Shown in pieces: positions 42,362-53,029 of a DNA stretch of 64,000 nucleotides. Made by a program: the position numbers and the translations under genes. The stretch's first letter is position 1. Every line of letters starts with the position of its first letter. Where the stretch lies: the IMG/VR virus record IMGVR_UViG_3300002461_001209; one strand, written 5' to 3'. Origin of the DNA: a virus. The notes under the pieces are model-generated. The model was given only the letters and a program-made list of their open reading frames with translations. It searched no databases and had not been told where the DNA came from.

Positions 42362-43384
42362 TTGGATTACAATTCGTCAATGTATAAATTAACTAAAAAA
42401 GAAATATTATCCCTCATCAAAGATGAGAGTAAAAAGGTTCTACAACCAGGAACTTTAGTAAGTTGTAATTTTGGCTCTGTAGATGAAAGAACAGCCGCAA
42501 TTTATTATGTTTTTGCTCTTTCAACCAAACCCAATAAAGAAATTCAAGAATACGTAAACCTTATTCAGTTTTTTATTTTGACATTACATGATTGCATAAA
42601 TGCAAGAGATACAAGAGGAAATAGAGTTGCATTTCAATATGCTGTTAGAAGGTTGGCAACGTCTTTGACTGTTGAGGATCAAAAGCGAATATTGAACCAA
42701 ACAACACCATCAATGATAGCTGAATTTTATTCAAGCATAAATGTTCTGTATGATTATGTTCCAATCCTTGATTCAACAGCAGCTATAAAGGTTGATAAAA
42801 ATTTATCTCTTTTTGAGTTATCAAAAAGTTTACTGGATAAAAATCCAGCTAAACCACAAAGTGGATTTTTTGGCTATAATTTAAACAAGGTATCAGATAT
42901 GTTACCTGATTTGAATTTTGGAATCTCTGCCATTTCAGATATGATTATGGACTCCAATAAGACAGTAACAGTTGAGAGTGTTGTAAATGGTATGTCGGCA
43001 TCTGATCATTATTTTTCTCTGCTTAATGAAAATAAACCAACGTTGGAATCTTGTGAATTTTTCTGCCTGGTAATAAAAGATTGGGCAAAGTCAAAATCTC
43101 AAAGTGAAGAGATGAATGAGAAGTTGAAACAGACACTTCATTTTTTGAAAGATGAAATTAAGAACAATCCACAGTTGACGATATACACTGAAGATTTATT
43201 TGTAAAACATATTCCACAGTTGATATCACATATTGAATCCTTAAAAAGGATGGGTAATTTTGAGTCACAGATAAAGATGATTGATGAATATATTCAAAAG
43301 ATAAATAAATCTTATGTCGATCATATTAATTTCAAACTAAATGTTTACAACAAATATCTTAAAGAAAAATTAGCTGATTTCTAA
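42362..43384 (+). CDS. hypothetical helical protein, opposite strand, inside the array
   Basis: 340 aa ORF; ATG 42380 is an alternative start. Confidence 0.7.
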   Translation: MDYNSSMYKLTKKEILSLIKDESKKVLQPGTLVSCNFGSVDERTAAIYYVFALSTKPNKEIQEYVNLIQFFILTLHDCINARDTRGNRVAFQYAVRRLATSLTVEDQKRILNQTTPSMIAEFYSSINVLYDYVPILDSTAAIKVDKNLSLFELSKSLLDKNPAKPQSGFFGYNLNKVSDMLPDLNFGISAISDMIMDSNKTVTVESVVNGMSASDHYFSLLNENKPTLESCEFFCLVIKDWAKSKSQSEEMNEKLKQTLHFLKDEIKNNPQLTIYTEDLFVKHIPQLISHIESLKRMGNFESQIKMIDEYIQKINKSYVDHINFKLNVYNKYLKEKLADF

Positions 43385-43399
43385 TATAAATAATCTATA

Positions 43400-44320
43400 T
43401 TAAATTTTTAATTTGTTACTATTAATGCTTTTATTAACAAGTAATTTTTCTAGTTCTTCATTGAGCCAATAGCTTCTAACTGCTGTTGGTGTATCTTCAG
43501 TTTTTGCCCAATAAGGTTTTGGTGCATGACAAGAATTAAACATATCTTTTTTGTCTTTTAATTTAATTGGTCTCCATTTAGTTAAATCACCAGTGAAAGC
43601 ACTTCTTTCAAACATATGTGAAAGATTCTTTGCATTGGAGACATACCAACTGCTTATATCTTGATTAAATTTAGATAATAAAAACATACTACTTGCGAAT
43701 GTTAAGCTACTTACATCCCACTCGCTGATATTTTTGTTAAAATATGATTTTGAAAACATAGATGACATATCTATAACATTAGATACATTCCACTTTGATA
43801 TATCTTGGTTAAATTGAGAGCTTGAAAACATATATCTCATATTTTCAACTTTAGATACATCCCAACTACTTATATCTGTATTAAAAATAGAAATTGAAAA
43901 CATATTTTGCATATTATTAACTTTAGATACATCCCATTTATTAATATTTTTATTAAACATCGATGATTTGAACATGCTTGTCATATCTTTTACATTAGAA
44001 ATATTCCACTTTGATATATCTTGGTTAAATTGAGAGCTTGAAAACATAGAGTGCATATTTTCAACATTGGATACATCCCAGTTTAATATGTTGTTGTTAA
44101 AGTGTGAATATGAAAACATACCTCTCATATTTTTAACATTAGATGTATCCCATTCACTTATATCACCATTGAATTTAGAATTTCTAAATAAATCATTCAT
44201 ATTTACAATATTAGATGTATCAATATGATTTAAGTCACATGTATAACCATTTGAATCAATTTCATATTTAATAATTGATTTAAGATGTTCTAAATCTTTT
44301 GCTACTATTTTTTCTTTCAT
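43400..44320 (-). CDS. DUF285 protein, 306 aa
   Basis: Same architecture. Confidence 0.9.
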   Translation of the reverse strand: MKEKIVAKDLEHLKSIIKYEIDSNGYTCDLNHIDTSNIVNMNDLFRNSKFNGDISEWDTSNVKNMRGMFSYSHFNNNILNWDVSNVENMHSMFSSSQFNQDISKWNISNVKDMTSMFKSSMFNKNINKWDVSKVNNMQNMFSISIFNTDISSWDVSKVENMRYMFSSSQFNQDISKWNVSNVIDMSSMFSKSYFNKNISEWDVSSLTFASSMFLLSKFNQDISSWYVSNAKNLSHMFERSAFTGDLTKWRPIKLKDKKDMFNSCHAPKPYWAKTEDTPTAVRSYWLNEELEKLLVNKSINSNKLKI

Positions 44321-44335
44321 ATAATTGAACTTTTA

Positions 44336-45277
44336 TTAAGGCTTATTTTTTCTTTTAGATGATTCAGAAGTATTGATGGCACTTTGAAGTCTCATAAGAT
44401 CAGCAAAGTTTTTTTTGTATACATCAAGTTGACTTGTGCGATTACCATTTTGATCAACTATAATTACAATAAAGCCAGTTGAGCATCTAATCATGTCCTT
44501 TTTAACTTCTTCAATAAGCTCTTTAACATAAGGCTTTATATGTTGATTTTTATTCTCAATGTATACATCATCTAGATTCATAGGCTTCTTCAATAGAATT
44601 AATGTAAGCAAGTCAACATGATAGATGTGTTCACTAATAACCTTTTTAACTTCAGTTTCATCACATTTTGGAATTATATCTAATAATAGATTTTTGTTGA
44701 CTTTAATGAGTGTGCTTCCTAAATTTAATAGAATATTGTTCATTTCAATTTCAGTTACAAGATCTGAAAATTTATTGATATATGAGTCAAACTGAAATTT
44801 TTTATCAAAGCTGTATAAAAAGTATTTGTTTCTTGCAAGAAAATCTTCGTGACTCTCACAATTATCTTTTTGTTTCTTCATATAATCAAGAAGAGTTTCA
44901 AATTTCTGTGATTTTTCATTTTCACTTAATTTTTCATATCGCATATTTGAAACTATACTGTTGGCAATAGGAAATTTTTCTTGAATACCGTTTGTTATCC
45001 AGAGATTTACATTATTTTTAAGTAGTAGTTCAATACATTTTTGTGCATTATCTTTATATGCTTGTGCAATAATTCTCTCTTTGTTTGATAGAAATCTATT
45101 GATATCAGTTCCGTTATTTATCAATACTTCTAGCTCTGTTGAGTTATCTGATTTAAGGATTTTGAGAATGTTTGAGCTTTCTTTAAGTAAATCGTCTTTT
45201 TTATTATTTTTAATTTCCTTTTTTACAATATCAAATTCTTTAATATATTTTGAGAATAGACATGTTTCATGAGGACT
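44336..45277 (-). pseudogene. 5'-truncated paralogue of the 546 aa protein at 50067-51707
   Basis: Frame continues upstream of 45124 as SPHETCLFSKYIKEF, matching TYDTCLFSEYIHKL; LWITNGIQEKFPIA matches VWLTNGMEENFPVA. Confidence 0.8.
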
Positions 45278-45989
45278 TTGTCATCGAGTGATTTTGGAGT
45301 CCAAATAGTTAAGTCAAATGAGAATTTAGAATTATAAAACATGGAGGAAGCTGTTTTGAGATTGCTGACATTCCAATGGGTAATATCTTGATTAAATTTA
45401 GCAAATGAAAACATTGAGTCCATTTTTTCAACATTAGATACATCCCATGCACTTATGTCGCAATTGAATTGAGAATCTTCAAACATGGATTTCATTTTTT
45501 TTACATTAGACACATTCCATTTAGATATATTTTGGTTAAATTTAGAATTTTGGAACATGGCATTCATATTTTCAACACTAGATACATTCCATGTAGAGAT
45601 GTCCCCGGTAAATTGAGAACCATAGAATAAACCAGCCATATGGATAACGTTGGATACATCCCATTTAGATATGTCTTTATTGAAATTCGATTTATAAAAC
45701 ATATAGTCCATGTATTCAACACTAGAGGTGTTCCAATTGGATATGTTTTTATTGAATACAGATAAACCGAACATTTCTTGCATGCTGAAAACACTTGAAG
45801 TATTCCATTTAGTGATACATTCCAATGGCTTATGTCACCATTAAATGATGAATTAGCAAATAATTCACTCATATCAGTTATATTTGATACATAAATATGG
45901 TTCAAATCACACTCATTACCATGCAATCTAATTTCATTTTTAATTAGTGACTCTAAATGTTCTTTATTTTCTGCTATTATTTTTTTCAT
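45223..45989 (-). pseudogene. DUF285 gene with an internal frameshift near 45820 and C-cap replaced at about 45278
   Basis: N-cap in 45564-45989, repeats in 45223-45825; junction TGG AAT GTA TC|A CTA AAT GG. Confidence 0.85.
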
Positions 45990-46762
45990 ATTTTTATTTT
46001 ATTGGATTTTAAACCTTTATCAATGATTTTAGAATTTAGCTCATTTTGATGTATGTGAATTTTAACAGCAGCAGGAGTATCATCTGCTTGTGCCCAATAA
46101 GGTATAGGTGCTTGGCAGTTAAAGAATGCATCATCTTTATTTTTTAAAGATATAGGTTTCCAGTTTGTCAAATCAAATGAGAAATTTGAATTTAAAAAAA
46201 TACTTTCTATAGATTCTACGTTAGAAACATTCCAATTAGATATATCTTGATTAAATTCTGATTGAGAAAACATGTGGCTCATATATATAACATTAGAAAC
46301 ATTCCAATTATTAATATTACTATTAAATTTAGAGCAAACGAACATATTGGACATATATTTAACATTGGAGACATCCCATTGGCTAATATCTCCATTAAAT
46401 TTAGATTTATAAAACATGCCATACATATTTACTGCATTAGAAACATCCCATTTTGATATGTCTCCGTTAAATTCTGAATTATAGAATAGGTCAGTCATAT
46501 AGATAACATTAGAAACATCCCATTGGCTAATATTTCCATTAAATTTAGAATTAGAAAACATTCCATTCATATGGATAACATTAGAAACGTCCCATTTTGA
46601 TATATCTCCGTTAAATTCTAGGCTATCAAATAACCAACTCATATCAGTGATGTTAGATACATCAATATGATTTAAATCACAATGATTGCCATTTAATTTA
46701 ATTTCTTCTTTAATCAAAAATTTTAAATGTTCTTGATCTTTTGGCATTATTTTTTCTTTCAT
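45986..46762 (-). CDS. DUF285 protein, 258 aa
   Basis: Same architecture. Confidence 0.9.
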   Translation of the reverse strand: MKEKIMPKDQEHLKFLIKEEIKLNGNHCDLNHIDVSNITDMSWLFDSLEFNGDISKWDVSNVIHMNGMFSNSKFNGNISQWDVSNVIYMTDLFYNSEFNGDISKWDVSNAVNMYGMFYKSKFNGDISQWDVSNVKYMSNMFVCSKFNSNINNWNVSNVIYMSHMFSQSEFNQDISNWNVSNVESIESIFLNSNFSFDLTNWKPISLKNKDDAFFNCQAPIPYWAQADDTPAAVKIHIHQNELNSKIIDKGLKSNKIKI

Positions 46763-47604
46763 ATTTTTATTTTATTATTTTTCATGTTTTTATCAATGAT
46801 TGATGAGTCAAGTTCTTTTTTGAGTAAGTGGATTTTAATGGCTTTTTGAGTATCTTCTAATATATACCAATAAGGTTGAGGTGCAGTACATTCATCAAAC
46901 ATATTGTCTTTTTCAACTAATGAGTATGGAGTCCAATCGGTTAAATCATGTGAAAATTTAGACTTTGCAAACATAAGAAACATATCACCTACATTAGATA
47001 CATCCCAATTTGAAATATCAAGATTAAAAACTGAGTTATAGAACATTTGATTCATTTCCTGAACACTAGATACATCCCACTGGCTTATATCAGAATTAAA
47101 TTGAGAGGCGATAAACATTCCAGTCATTGTTGTGACAGATGAAACATTCCATTTAGATATATCTTGATTAAAAATGGATTTGTAAAACATGCTGGTCATA
47201 TCATCAACATTGGATGTATTCCAAAAGCTTATATCACTGTTGAATTTGGATTGTCTGAACATAAAGGACATGTTTTCAACACGTGACGTGTTCCAATTGG
47301 AAACATCTCCATTAAATTGGGAATTGGAGAACATATAAGCCATATTTTTAACACTGGAAGTATTCCATTTGCTAATGTCTTTATTGAATTGAGAGTTTTC
47401 AAACATGTGTTCCATATTGGTTACATTAGAAACATCCCATTCTGATATATTTCCGTTAAATTTTCTATCTTTAAGTAAATAACTCATATCATTTACTTCA
47501 GACACTACAATATGATTAAAACTGCAATTATCACCTTTATTTTTAATGGTTTCATTAATAATTTTTATTAAGTGATCTCTGTCTTTAGCTACAATTTTTT
47601 TCAT
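46759..47604 (-). CDS. DUF285 protein, 281 aa
   Basis: Same architecture. Confidence 0.9.
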   Translation of the reverse strand: MKKIVAKDRDHLIKIINETIKNKGDNCSFNHIVVSEVNDMSYLLKDRKFNGNISEWDVSNVTNMEHMFENSQFNKDISKWNTSSVKNMAYMFSNSQFNGDVSNWNTSRVENMSFMFRQSKFNSDISFWNTSNVDDMTSMFYKSIFNQDISKWNVSSVTTMTGMFIASQFNSDISQWDVSSVQEMNQMFYNSVFNLDISNWDVSNVGDMFLMFAKSKFSHDLTDWTPYSLVEKDNMFDECTAPQPYWYILEDTQKAIKIHLLKKELDSSIIDKNMKNNKIKI

Positions 47605-47606
47605 GT

Positions 47607-48236
47607 TTATATTTTGAGTTTATTTGTTTTTACTGTTTTATCAATGAGAGATGCTCCTAGTTTTTTATTTAGTAGATAAGTATTGATAGATTGTTTTATG
47701 TCTTTTACTTCTGTCCAATAGGGTATGGGTGCCAAGCATTGTCCAAACATATTGTCATGAATTGTAAGAGATAATGGTTTCCAATCAATGAGATCTTTTT
47801 GAAATGCTGATTGATAAAACATAATGCTCATATTTTCAACATTAGATACGTCCCATTGGCTGATATCACCATTGAATTTGCTTTTATAAAACATGGCGGA
47901 CATGGAGAGTACATTGAAAACATTCCATTTTGATATATTGCCATTAAATTCTGAACCTGAAAACATGCTGTTCATTTTTTCAACACTAGATGTGTTCCAT
48001 TTGCTGATATCTCCGTTAAATTTAGAATCAATGAACATATAATCCATATTTTTAACTTTGGAGACATCCCATTTGCTAATATTGCCATTGAATTCTGATT
48101 TAAAAAATAAACTAACCATATCTGTTATATTTGATGTATCAATATGATTTAAATCACAACAATATCCATTAGTGAGAATTTTATCTTCAATAAGAAATCT
48201 CAAGTGATCTTTATCTTTTGCTAAAATCTTTTTCAT
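47607..48236 (-). CDS. DUF285 protein, 209 aa
   Basis: Same architecture. Confidence 0.9.
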   Translation of the reverse strand: MKKILAKDKDHLRFLIEDKILTNGYCCDLNHIDTSNITDMVSLFFKSEFNGNISKWDVSKVKNMDYMFIDSKFNGDISKWNTSSVEKMNSMFSGSEFNGNISKWNVFNVLSMSAMFYKSKFNGDISQWDVSNVENMSIMFYQSAFQKDLIDWKPLSLTIHDNMFGQCLAPIPYWTEVKDIKQSINTYLLNKKLGASLIDKTVKTNKLKI

Positions 48237-48730
48237 ATTTTAATTCTATTGGTAGTGTTATTTTGAGTGTTTATTTTTTTGTTGAGTTTATTGAATCTTT
48301 GCTGAATTAAAGTTTTATTTACTTTCTCTTGGGTTAAATTTGGGTTAGCCCAATATGGGGTGGGAGCCAAACATTCGTGAAAAGAGTGATCCATAGATTG
48401 AAGAGAAATGGGTTCCCAGTCAGATAGGTCTTGATTAAATATTGAATATGAGAACATATAATCCATATCTTCAACATTGGAGACATCCCAACTACTGATG
48501 TCGTTATTAAATTCAGATAGTAAGAACATGCTACTCATGTTTTTAGCATTGGATACATCCCATTGAGAGATGTTGCCATTGAATTTTGTGTGTGTAAATA
48601 GACTTGAAAAATCAGTGATGGCAGAAACATCAATATGATTCAAATCGCAGTTATTTCCATTGAGTTGAATTTCATCTTGGATGAGTTTTCTTAAAACTAT
48701 ATTATCTTCAGGAATTATTTTACTTTTCAT
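48233..48730 (-). CDS. DUF285 protein, 165 aa
   Basis: Same architecture. Confidence 0.9.
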   Translation of the reverse strand: MKSKIIPEDNIVLRKLIQDEIQLNGNNCDLNHIDVSAITDFSSLFTHTKFNGNISQWDVSNAKNMSSMFLLSEFNNDISSWDVSNVEDMDYMFSYSIFNQDLSDWEPISLQSMDHSFHECLAPTPYWANPNLTQEKVNKTLIQQRFNKLNKKINTQNNTTNRIKI

Positions 48731-48807
48731 AATTCTATTTTACGATTATTTGACTTATTTATCAATTATTTACAGAAATTATTTAATCTCCTGTAAAGAT
48801 TATAAAT

Positions 48808-48843
48808 AAAAAAAGCGAGGTTCGTAAGAACTTCGCTTTTTTA
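48808..48843. terminator. bidirectional terminator-like hairpin inside the IS left end
   Basis: AAAAAAGCGAGGTTC-GTAA-GAACTTCGCTTTTTT. Confidence 0.75.
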
Positions 48844-48881
48844 CTGTTACAATCAAAATAACCACAAATCAATTACAACAT

Positions 48882-49769
48882 ATGAGAATTATAACAGAAA
48901 AAATCAAACAAAATGTCATAAAAATTGTTAAATCTTTAAAAATTAAAGAAATAAAATCTATCATTGGCAGAGCTAGATTAAAATTTACCTATGATGAAAT
49001 AGAATTTTATATAAATTGCATATTCAAACATAGTCTTGCCCAGAAAACATTTAAATTTATTTATTCAGAATATAATTTAAACATTAACTATGCTGGATTT
49101 ATGAAAAATATTGCTCTTTTCAGTTCTTTATTTAAATACTTGTTTAATATCATGAATAAAAACCTCAATATAAGAGCAAGTCAATTGCTCAATATTGTAG
49201 ACTCTACTTTGATTGAAGAGAAAAAATCTAATTTTATTACACAAAAAGATTGGAATTTAAACCGCGTAACAACAAGAAATGAATATAAAGACAAAAATAA
49301 TAAAATTAAACGAAAAATTAGAACTTGTGGATCTAAAGGACTTATTTTTATAAACAGATTTAATCAGGTTTATTGTGCTGAATTAATGAATATTAATGAT
49401 TCAGACATGAATATATTGAAAGATTTAACTCGTTATAAAAATCAATTAAAGGGTATATTACTAGCTGACAGAGGATTTTCTAATAAACTGGTTAGAAAAA
49501 GATTATCTATAGATAAAAACAATATTTTTGATTATGGTAAAGCTTACTGTACTTTAATAAGTCCTTATAAAACATCAGAAAATAAAAACTTAACAAAAAA
49601 AGAGAGAAAACTATATAAAAGACGATGGAAAATTGAAACATTGTTTCAGCAGTTAAAAAATAATTATGCAGATAATAAATTAAATTTAACAGGTAAATAC
49701 AGTAAAATTTTAAAACAAGCTAAATTTTATTCTACTTTTATAATACATAATCTACTGACCATAGGTTAA
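48882..49769 (+). CDS. DDE transposase (IS982/IS4/IS5-like clan)
   Basis: NIVDST, LLADRGF, YKRRWKIETLFQQLK. Confidence 0.88.
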   Translation: MRIITEKIKQNVIKIVKSLKIKEIKSIIGRARLKFTYDEIEFYINCIFKHSLAQKTFKFIYSEYNLNINYAGFMKNIALFSSLFKYLFNIMNKNLNIRASQLLNIVDSTLIEEKKSNFITQKDWNLNRVTTRNEYKDKNNKIKRKIRTCGSKGLIFINRFNQVYCAELMNINDSDMNILKDLTRYKNQLKGILLADRGFSNKLVRKRLSIDKNNIFDYGKAYCTLISPYKTSENKNLTKKERKLYKRRWKIETLFQQLKNNYADNKLNLTGKYSKILKQAKFYSTFIIHNLLTIG

Positions 49770-49867
49770 TTTTATAATTTATATCTTAATGATATGTTGC
49801 CTTCGGCAACACATTAATAATATTAAATATTTTCTTACAGGAGATTAAATATTTACAGAAATAGGGG

Positions 49868-50016
49868 GAAAACAAAAAAAGAGCATAAAGCTCTTTGTTT
49901 TGTTGTAATGTCAAAATTTGACTGAGTAAACTCGGATTACAAACCTTCACACTTAAATGAGTAGTGAAAAACTCGATAGTAAAGTCTCGGCACTTATGTA
50001 GGCGGCGAATCACCAG
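49868..50016 (-). ncRNA. candidate structured small RNA or regulatory leader
   Basis: Between promoter 50021-50049 and terminator AAAGAGC-TTTAT-GCTCTTT-T4; GC-richer than flanks, with several hairpins. Confidence 0.45.
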
Positions 50017-50020
50017 TCAT

Positions 50021-50049
50021 ATTTTGTGGCTTTTTGTTGAAATTGTCAA
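50021..50049 (-). promoter_or_regulatory. sigma70-like promoter
   Basis: TTGACA-17 nt-CAAAAT. Confidence 0.55.
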
Positions 50050-50066
50050 TATTTAATCTAAATTCA

Positions 50067-51707
50067 TTAATTAGGTTTGTTTTTCTTCTGAAGAAATTCA
50101 TGGAAATTCATCGCATTTTGAAGTTGTAACAGTTTAGATAGGGACTCTTGGTATTTTTGAGCCTGTGTAGTGGTATTACCATTGTAATCTTTGTATATGA
50201 TGGTAAATCCTCTTGAGCTTCTGAGAAGATCTTCTTTTACTTCGTCAATTTTTTCTTGAACATATTTTTTAATGGGTTTATCTTCAAGAACAACATCATT
50301 CATGTTCATGGGTCTTTTTTGAAGAATCCAGATGAGAAGATCTGGCGAATACATGTGGGATTTGATAAAATCTTTGAGTTCGTGCTCTTGAGAATTTTCC
50401 ACTGTTTTCTTCAAAAGTTCTCTATCGCAAGAATAAAGCTCATGTGCAGAAAGAAGAAACAGGTTGTTGATTTCTTCCTCTGTCAGAACACCAGTAAACT
50501 TATTTTTGTACAAATAAAAAGACTCTTTATTCTCAAATCTGAATACGAAAATTTTATGTTTAAACAAAAAGTCTTGATGTGTTTTGGAGTTGTCTTTTTG
50601 GTTTTTCATAATCTCCATTAATTCATCAAGACGTAAAAGTTGTTCTGTTTTACTGATAGGCATTTTGAAGATAGATGAGGCAAGATCAGCAGCAACTGGG
50701 AAATTTTCCTCCATACCGTTGGTGAGCCAAACATTTGCATTGTTATCATGCAATATTTTTATACATTTGGTAGAATTGAGATCATATGCAAGATTGATGA
50801 TTCTGGTGTTTTTATCTACAAACTTATCAATATCCAGACCTTTTAGAAGCAATGCTTCAAGATCTTCATGTTTGTCTTTTTTCAAAATATCTTTAATTGT
50901 AGAGTTTTCTCTAAGTGATGTATCATTTTTGCTTGTTTTTATTTCTTCTTTTTCAATGTTAAGTTTATGGATATATTCAGAGAAGAGGCATGTATCATAA
51001 GTTTTTTGTTGAGGGTTGTATTCAAAGCCCAATTCAAGCAAATATTGAACAAACTCTTTGACTGACATTTTTGGGGCTTTATCTAAAAGCTCCATATGGT
51101 ATTCATCACAAAATGATGTCCATGCTGGAAGAATGCTTTTGTTAAGAATCTCATGTGGTTGGGAGTCGTAGTCTGTGCCATTTTTATCTGTAAAAATGAC
51201 ATTGAATGATTTTCCATCTGTAACCATAGGTGTGTTTAAGCCATCTGTGACATTGTCCTCATGATTTTCATAAGTATCTGCTGAGAAGTGGAAATAAAAC
51301 TGTGAGGGAAGTCCATGTTGGTATTTTTTGAACTCTTTGAGTTCCATGATATATTCATCGTAATCTTCAATATCATCGTCATTTTTTAGTTCAAGAGCTT
51401 TCATTAAAAGATTTTTAGCTCCTTCAGTATCTTTTGAAGAAAAAACACGCTGCACAAGTCGTTCCGATTTTTTGCTGGTTGATGTTGAGGTGGGTTGTGT
51501 TTGTTCACTCGTAGCCAATTGAAGTTTATCTCCAACTTCTTGCAGTATGACACTACCAATGGTGGGGTGTGTGAATTCTCTTGTGACAATATTATTGTCT
51601 TTATATTTGGATTTTCTTTTCCAATCTTTCTCTTCTGTATTGATGTTTTGTTTTTTATAATAATCAATGAGATAAGACTTGCATTGTTCAGTGGTGATTT
51701 TTGACAT
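50067..51707 (-). CDS. hypothetical protein, 546 aa, with acidic middle and degenerate ankyrin-like segment
   Basis: Long ORF with AAGGA RBS; paralogue remnant at 44336-45277. Confidence 0.75.
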   Translation of the reverse strand: MSKITTEQCKSYLIDYYKKQNINTEEKDWKRKSKYKDNNIVTREFTHPTIGSVILQEVGDKLQLATSEQTQPTSTSTSKKSERLVQRVFSSKDTEGAKNLLMKALELKNDDDIEDYDEYIMELKEFKKYQHGLPSQFYFHFSADTYENHEDNVTDGLNTPMVTDGKSFNVIFTDKNGTDYDSQPHEILNKSILPAWTSFCDEYHMELLDKAPKMSVKEFVQYLLELGFEYNPQQKTYDTCLFSEYIHKLNIEKEEIKTSKNDTSLRENSTIKDILKKDKHEDLEALLLKGLDIDKFVDKNTRIINLAYDLNSTKCIKILHDNNANVWLTNGMEENFPVAADLASSIFKMPISKTEQLLRLDELMEIMKNQKDNSKTHQDFLFKHKIFVFRFENKESFYLYKNKFTGVLTEEEINNLFLLSAHELYSCDRELLKKTVENSQEHELKDFIKSHMYSPDLLIWILQKRPMNMNDVVLEDKPIKKYVQEKIDEVKEDLLRSSRGFTIIYKDYNGNTTTQAQKYQESLSKLLQLQNAMNFHEFLQKKNKPN

Positions 51708-51720
51708 GAATGAATCCTTG

Positions 51721-52953
51721 TTAAATTTTGTTGCTTTTGTTTATTTTGTTTTCTTTTTTCTCTGTAATGGTAGATTGCAGATTATGAAGCTGAATTACTT
51801 CCTTGTTGTTGACGATGTATGGAATATGTTCAGACTTGATGAATAGTTTTCTGCTGTGGTAGTTGTAGAGGATGTTTTCTTCGGATAAGTTCTCAGAGAT
51901 GACGAAATAGAGGTTTTGAAGTTTTGACAATGACTCGCTGCTTATAGGCTCATTTTTAATGTTAATCATTAAATTTTGAAATATATTGATGTATATATCT
52001 GAGTATAAAAATCCAGAGGGTGAGCAGTAGTGTTTTTCTCTAAGTATATAGATGTCATTTTCAGAACTGTTTTGATCCAAGAATTTAATGGATTTCAAAT
52101 CTTTGGACTCTTTTATCTTCTCAAACATCATATCATAGACGATATCAATGAGTGTGTTGGGGTCTATCTTTTGGTTTGAGTCTTGTTCTCGCACTAAGAA
52201 TGTGGACAAACCATCATAAGATATGTGCGAGGTAAATTGGGAGTAGAGTTTTCTCTGTGATTGTATGTTGTTAGGTAGAAAATCTTGGATAAAGCTCATC
52301 ACTTCTGTGTATATGCTGTGCTCTAAATTCTTTTTATTTAAAAAGTAGTTGAGGTACAGAGATTCTTTGATTTTATTGATTTCACCAACTTTATCTTCTG
52401 AGATTTTTTGCATAAGCATTCTCATGGATGTAAAGCAGTTTTTTATTTCATCTATTTTTTTATTTTTGTAGATCAGATCATCAACTTTGTAGATAGCACT
52501 GGTTTCTATTTTGTTATTATTTATGATTTTTTCAAGAGATGATGGGTCAAAACGAACAGTGTAGTTAATGATAGCTTCACCAATAATTGCTTTGCCAGGT
52601 GTTTTGAATTTTGAAACAAATTCAAACATGGCTGTATTGCCTTGATAAATACATGTGGACAGAAGGCTATCTGCTTTTTCTGTGTTGATTTTTTTGAGTT
52701 CTTCTATATCACTTGGGGAGATGATTTTATTGAGGGTTTGAGTTGTTATATTGGACAATAGTGCAATGGCTTGCATTTTGTCAAAGAAGAACATGGACTC
52801 AATGTTTTTGAGAAATTCCTCATGGTTTGTTTTAATGCTTGCAGTGATAGGGATTTTATTTTTAATAAGGAAAGAGGAAAGCTCCATTTGAAAATCATCA
52901 AATGATTCTTGATTGTTAATCAGTTCGTTGAATTTTTTCTGGTAATTATGCAT
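51721..52953 (-). CDS. hypothetical helical protein with basic tail
   Basis: 410 aa, ends LQSTITEKKENKINKSNKI. Confidence 0.7.
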   Translation of the reverse strand: MHNYQKKFNELINNQESFDDFQMELSSFLIKNKIPITASIKTNHEEFLKNIESMFFFDKMQAIALLSNITTQTLNKIISPSDIEELKKINTEKADSLLSTCIYQGNTAMFEFVSKFKTPGKAIIGEAIINYTVRFDPSSLEKIINNNKIETSAIYKVDDLIYKNKKIDEIKNCFTSMRMLMQKISEDKVGEINKIKESLYLNYFLNKKNLEHSIYTEVMSFIQDFLPNNIQSQRKLYSQFTSHISYDGLSTFLVREQDSNQKIDPNTLIDIVYDMMFEKIKESKDLKSIKFLDQNSSENDIYILREKHYCSPSGFLYSDIYINIFQNLMINIKNEPISSESLSKLQNLYFVISENLSEENILYNYHSRKLFIKSEHIPYIVNNKEVIQLHNLQSTITEKKENKINKSNKI

Positions 52954-53029
52954 CTATTTAATTATTGCATAAAACGTGATTTTTTTCAAATAAATATGAT
53001 TTTTTAAATGATAATTTAATTTTTAAACA

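Larger units (their letters stand above)
48780..49851 (+). mobile_element. complete 1072-bp insertion sequence with DDE transposase
   Basis: 17-bp terminal IR TATTTAATCTCCTGTAA (48780-48796, 49835-49851); 11-bp direct repeat TTTACAGAAAT (48769-48779, 49852-49862). Confidence 0.9.

Noticed and set aside
49786-50013. 75 aa GTG-started ORF
   Set aside because: Crosses the IS boundary and a terminator, and has no RBS.
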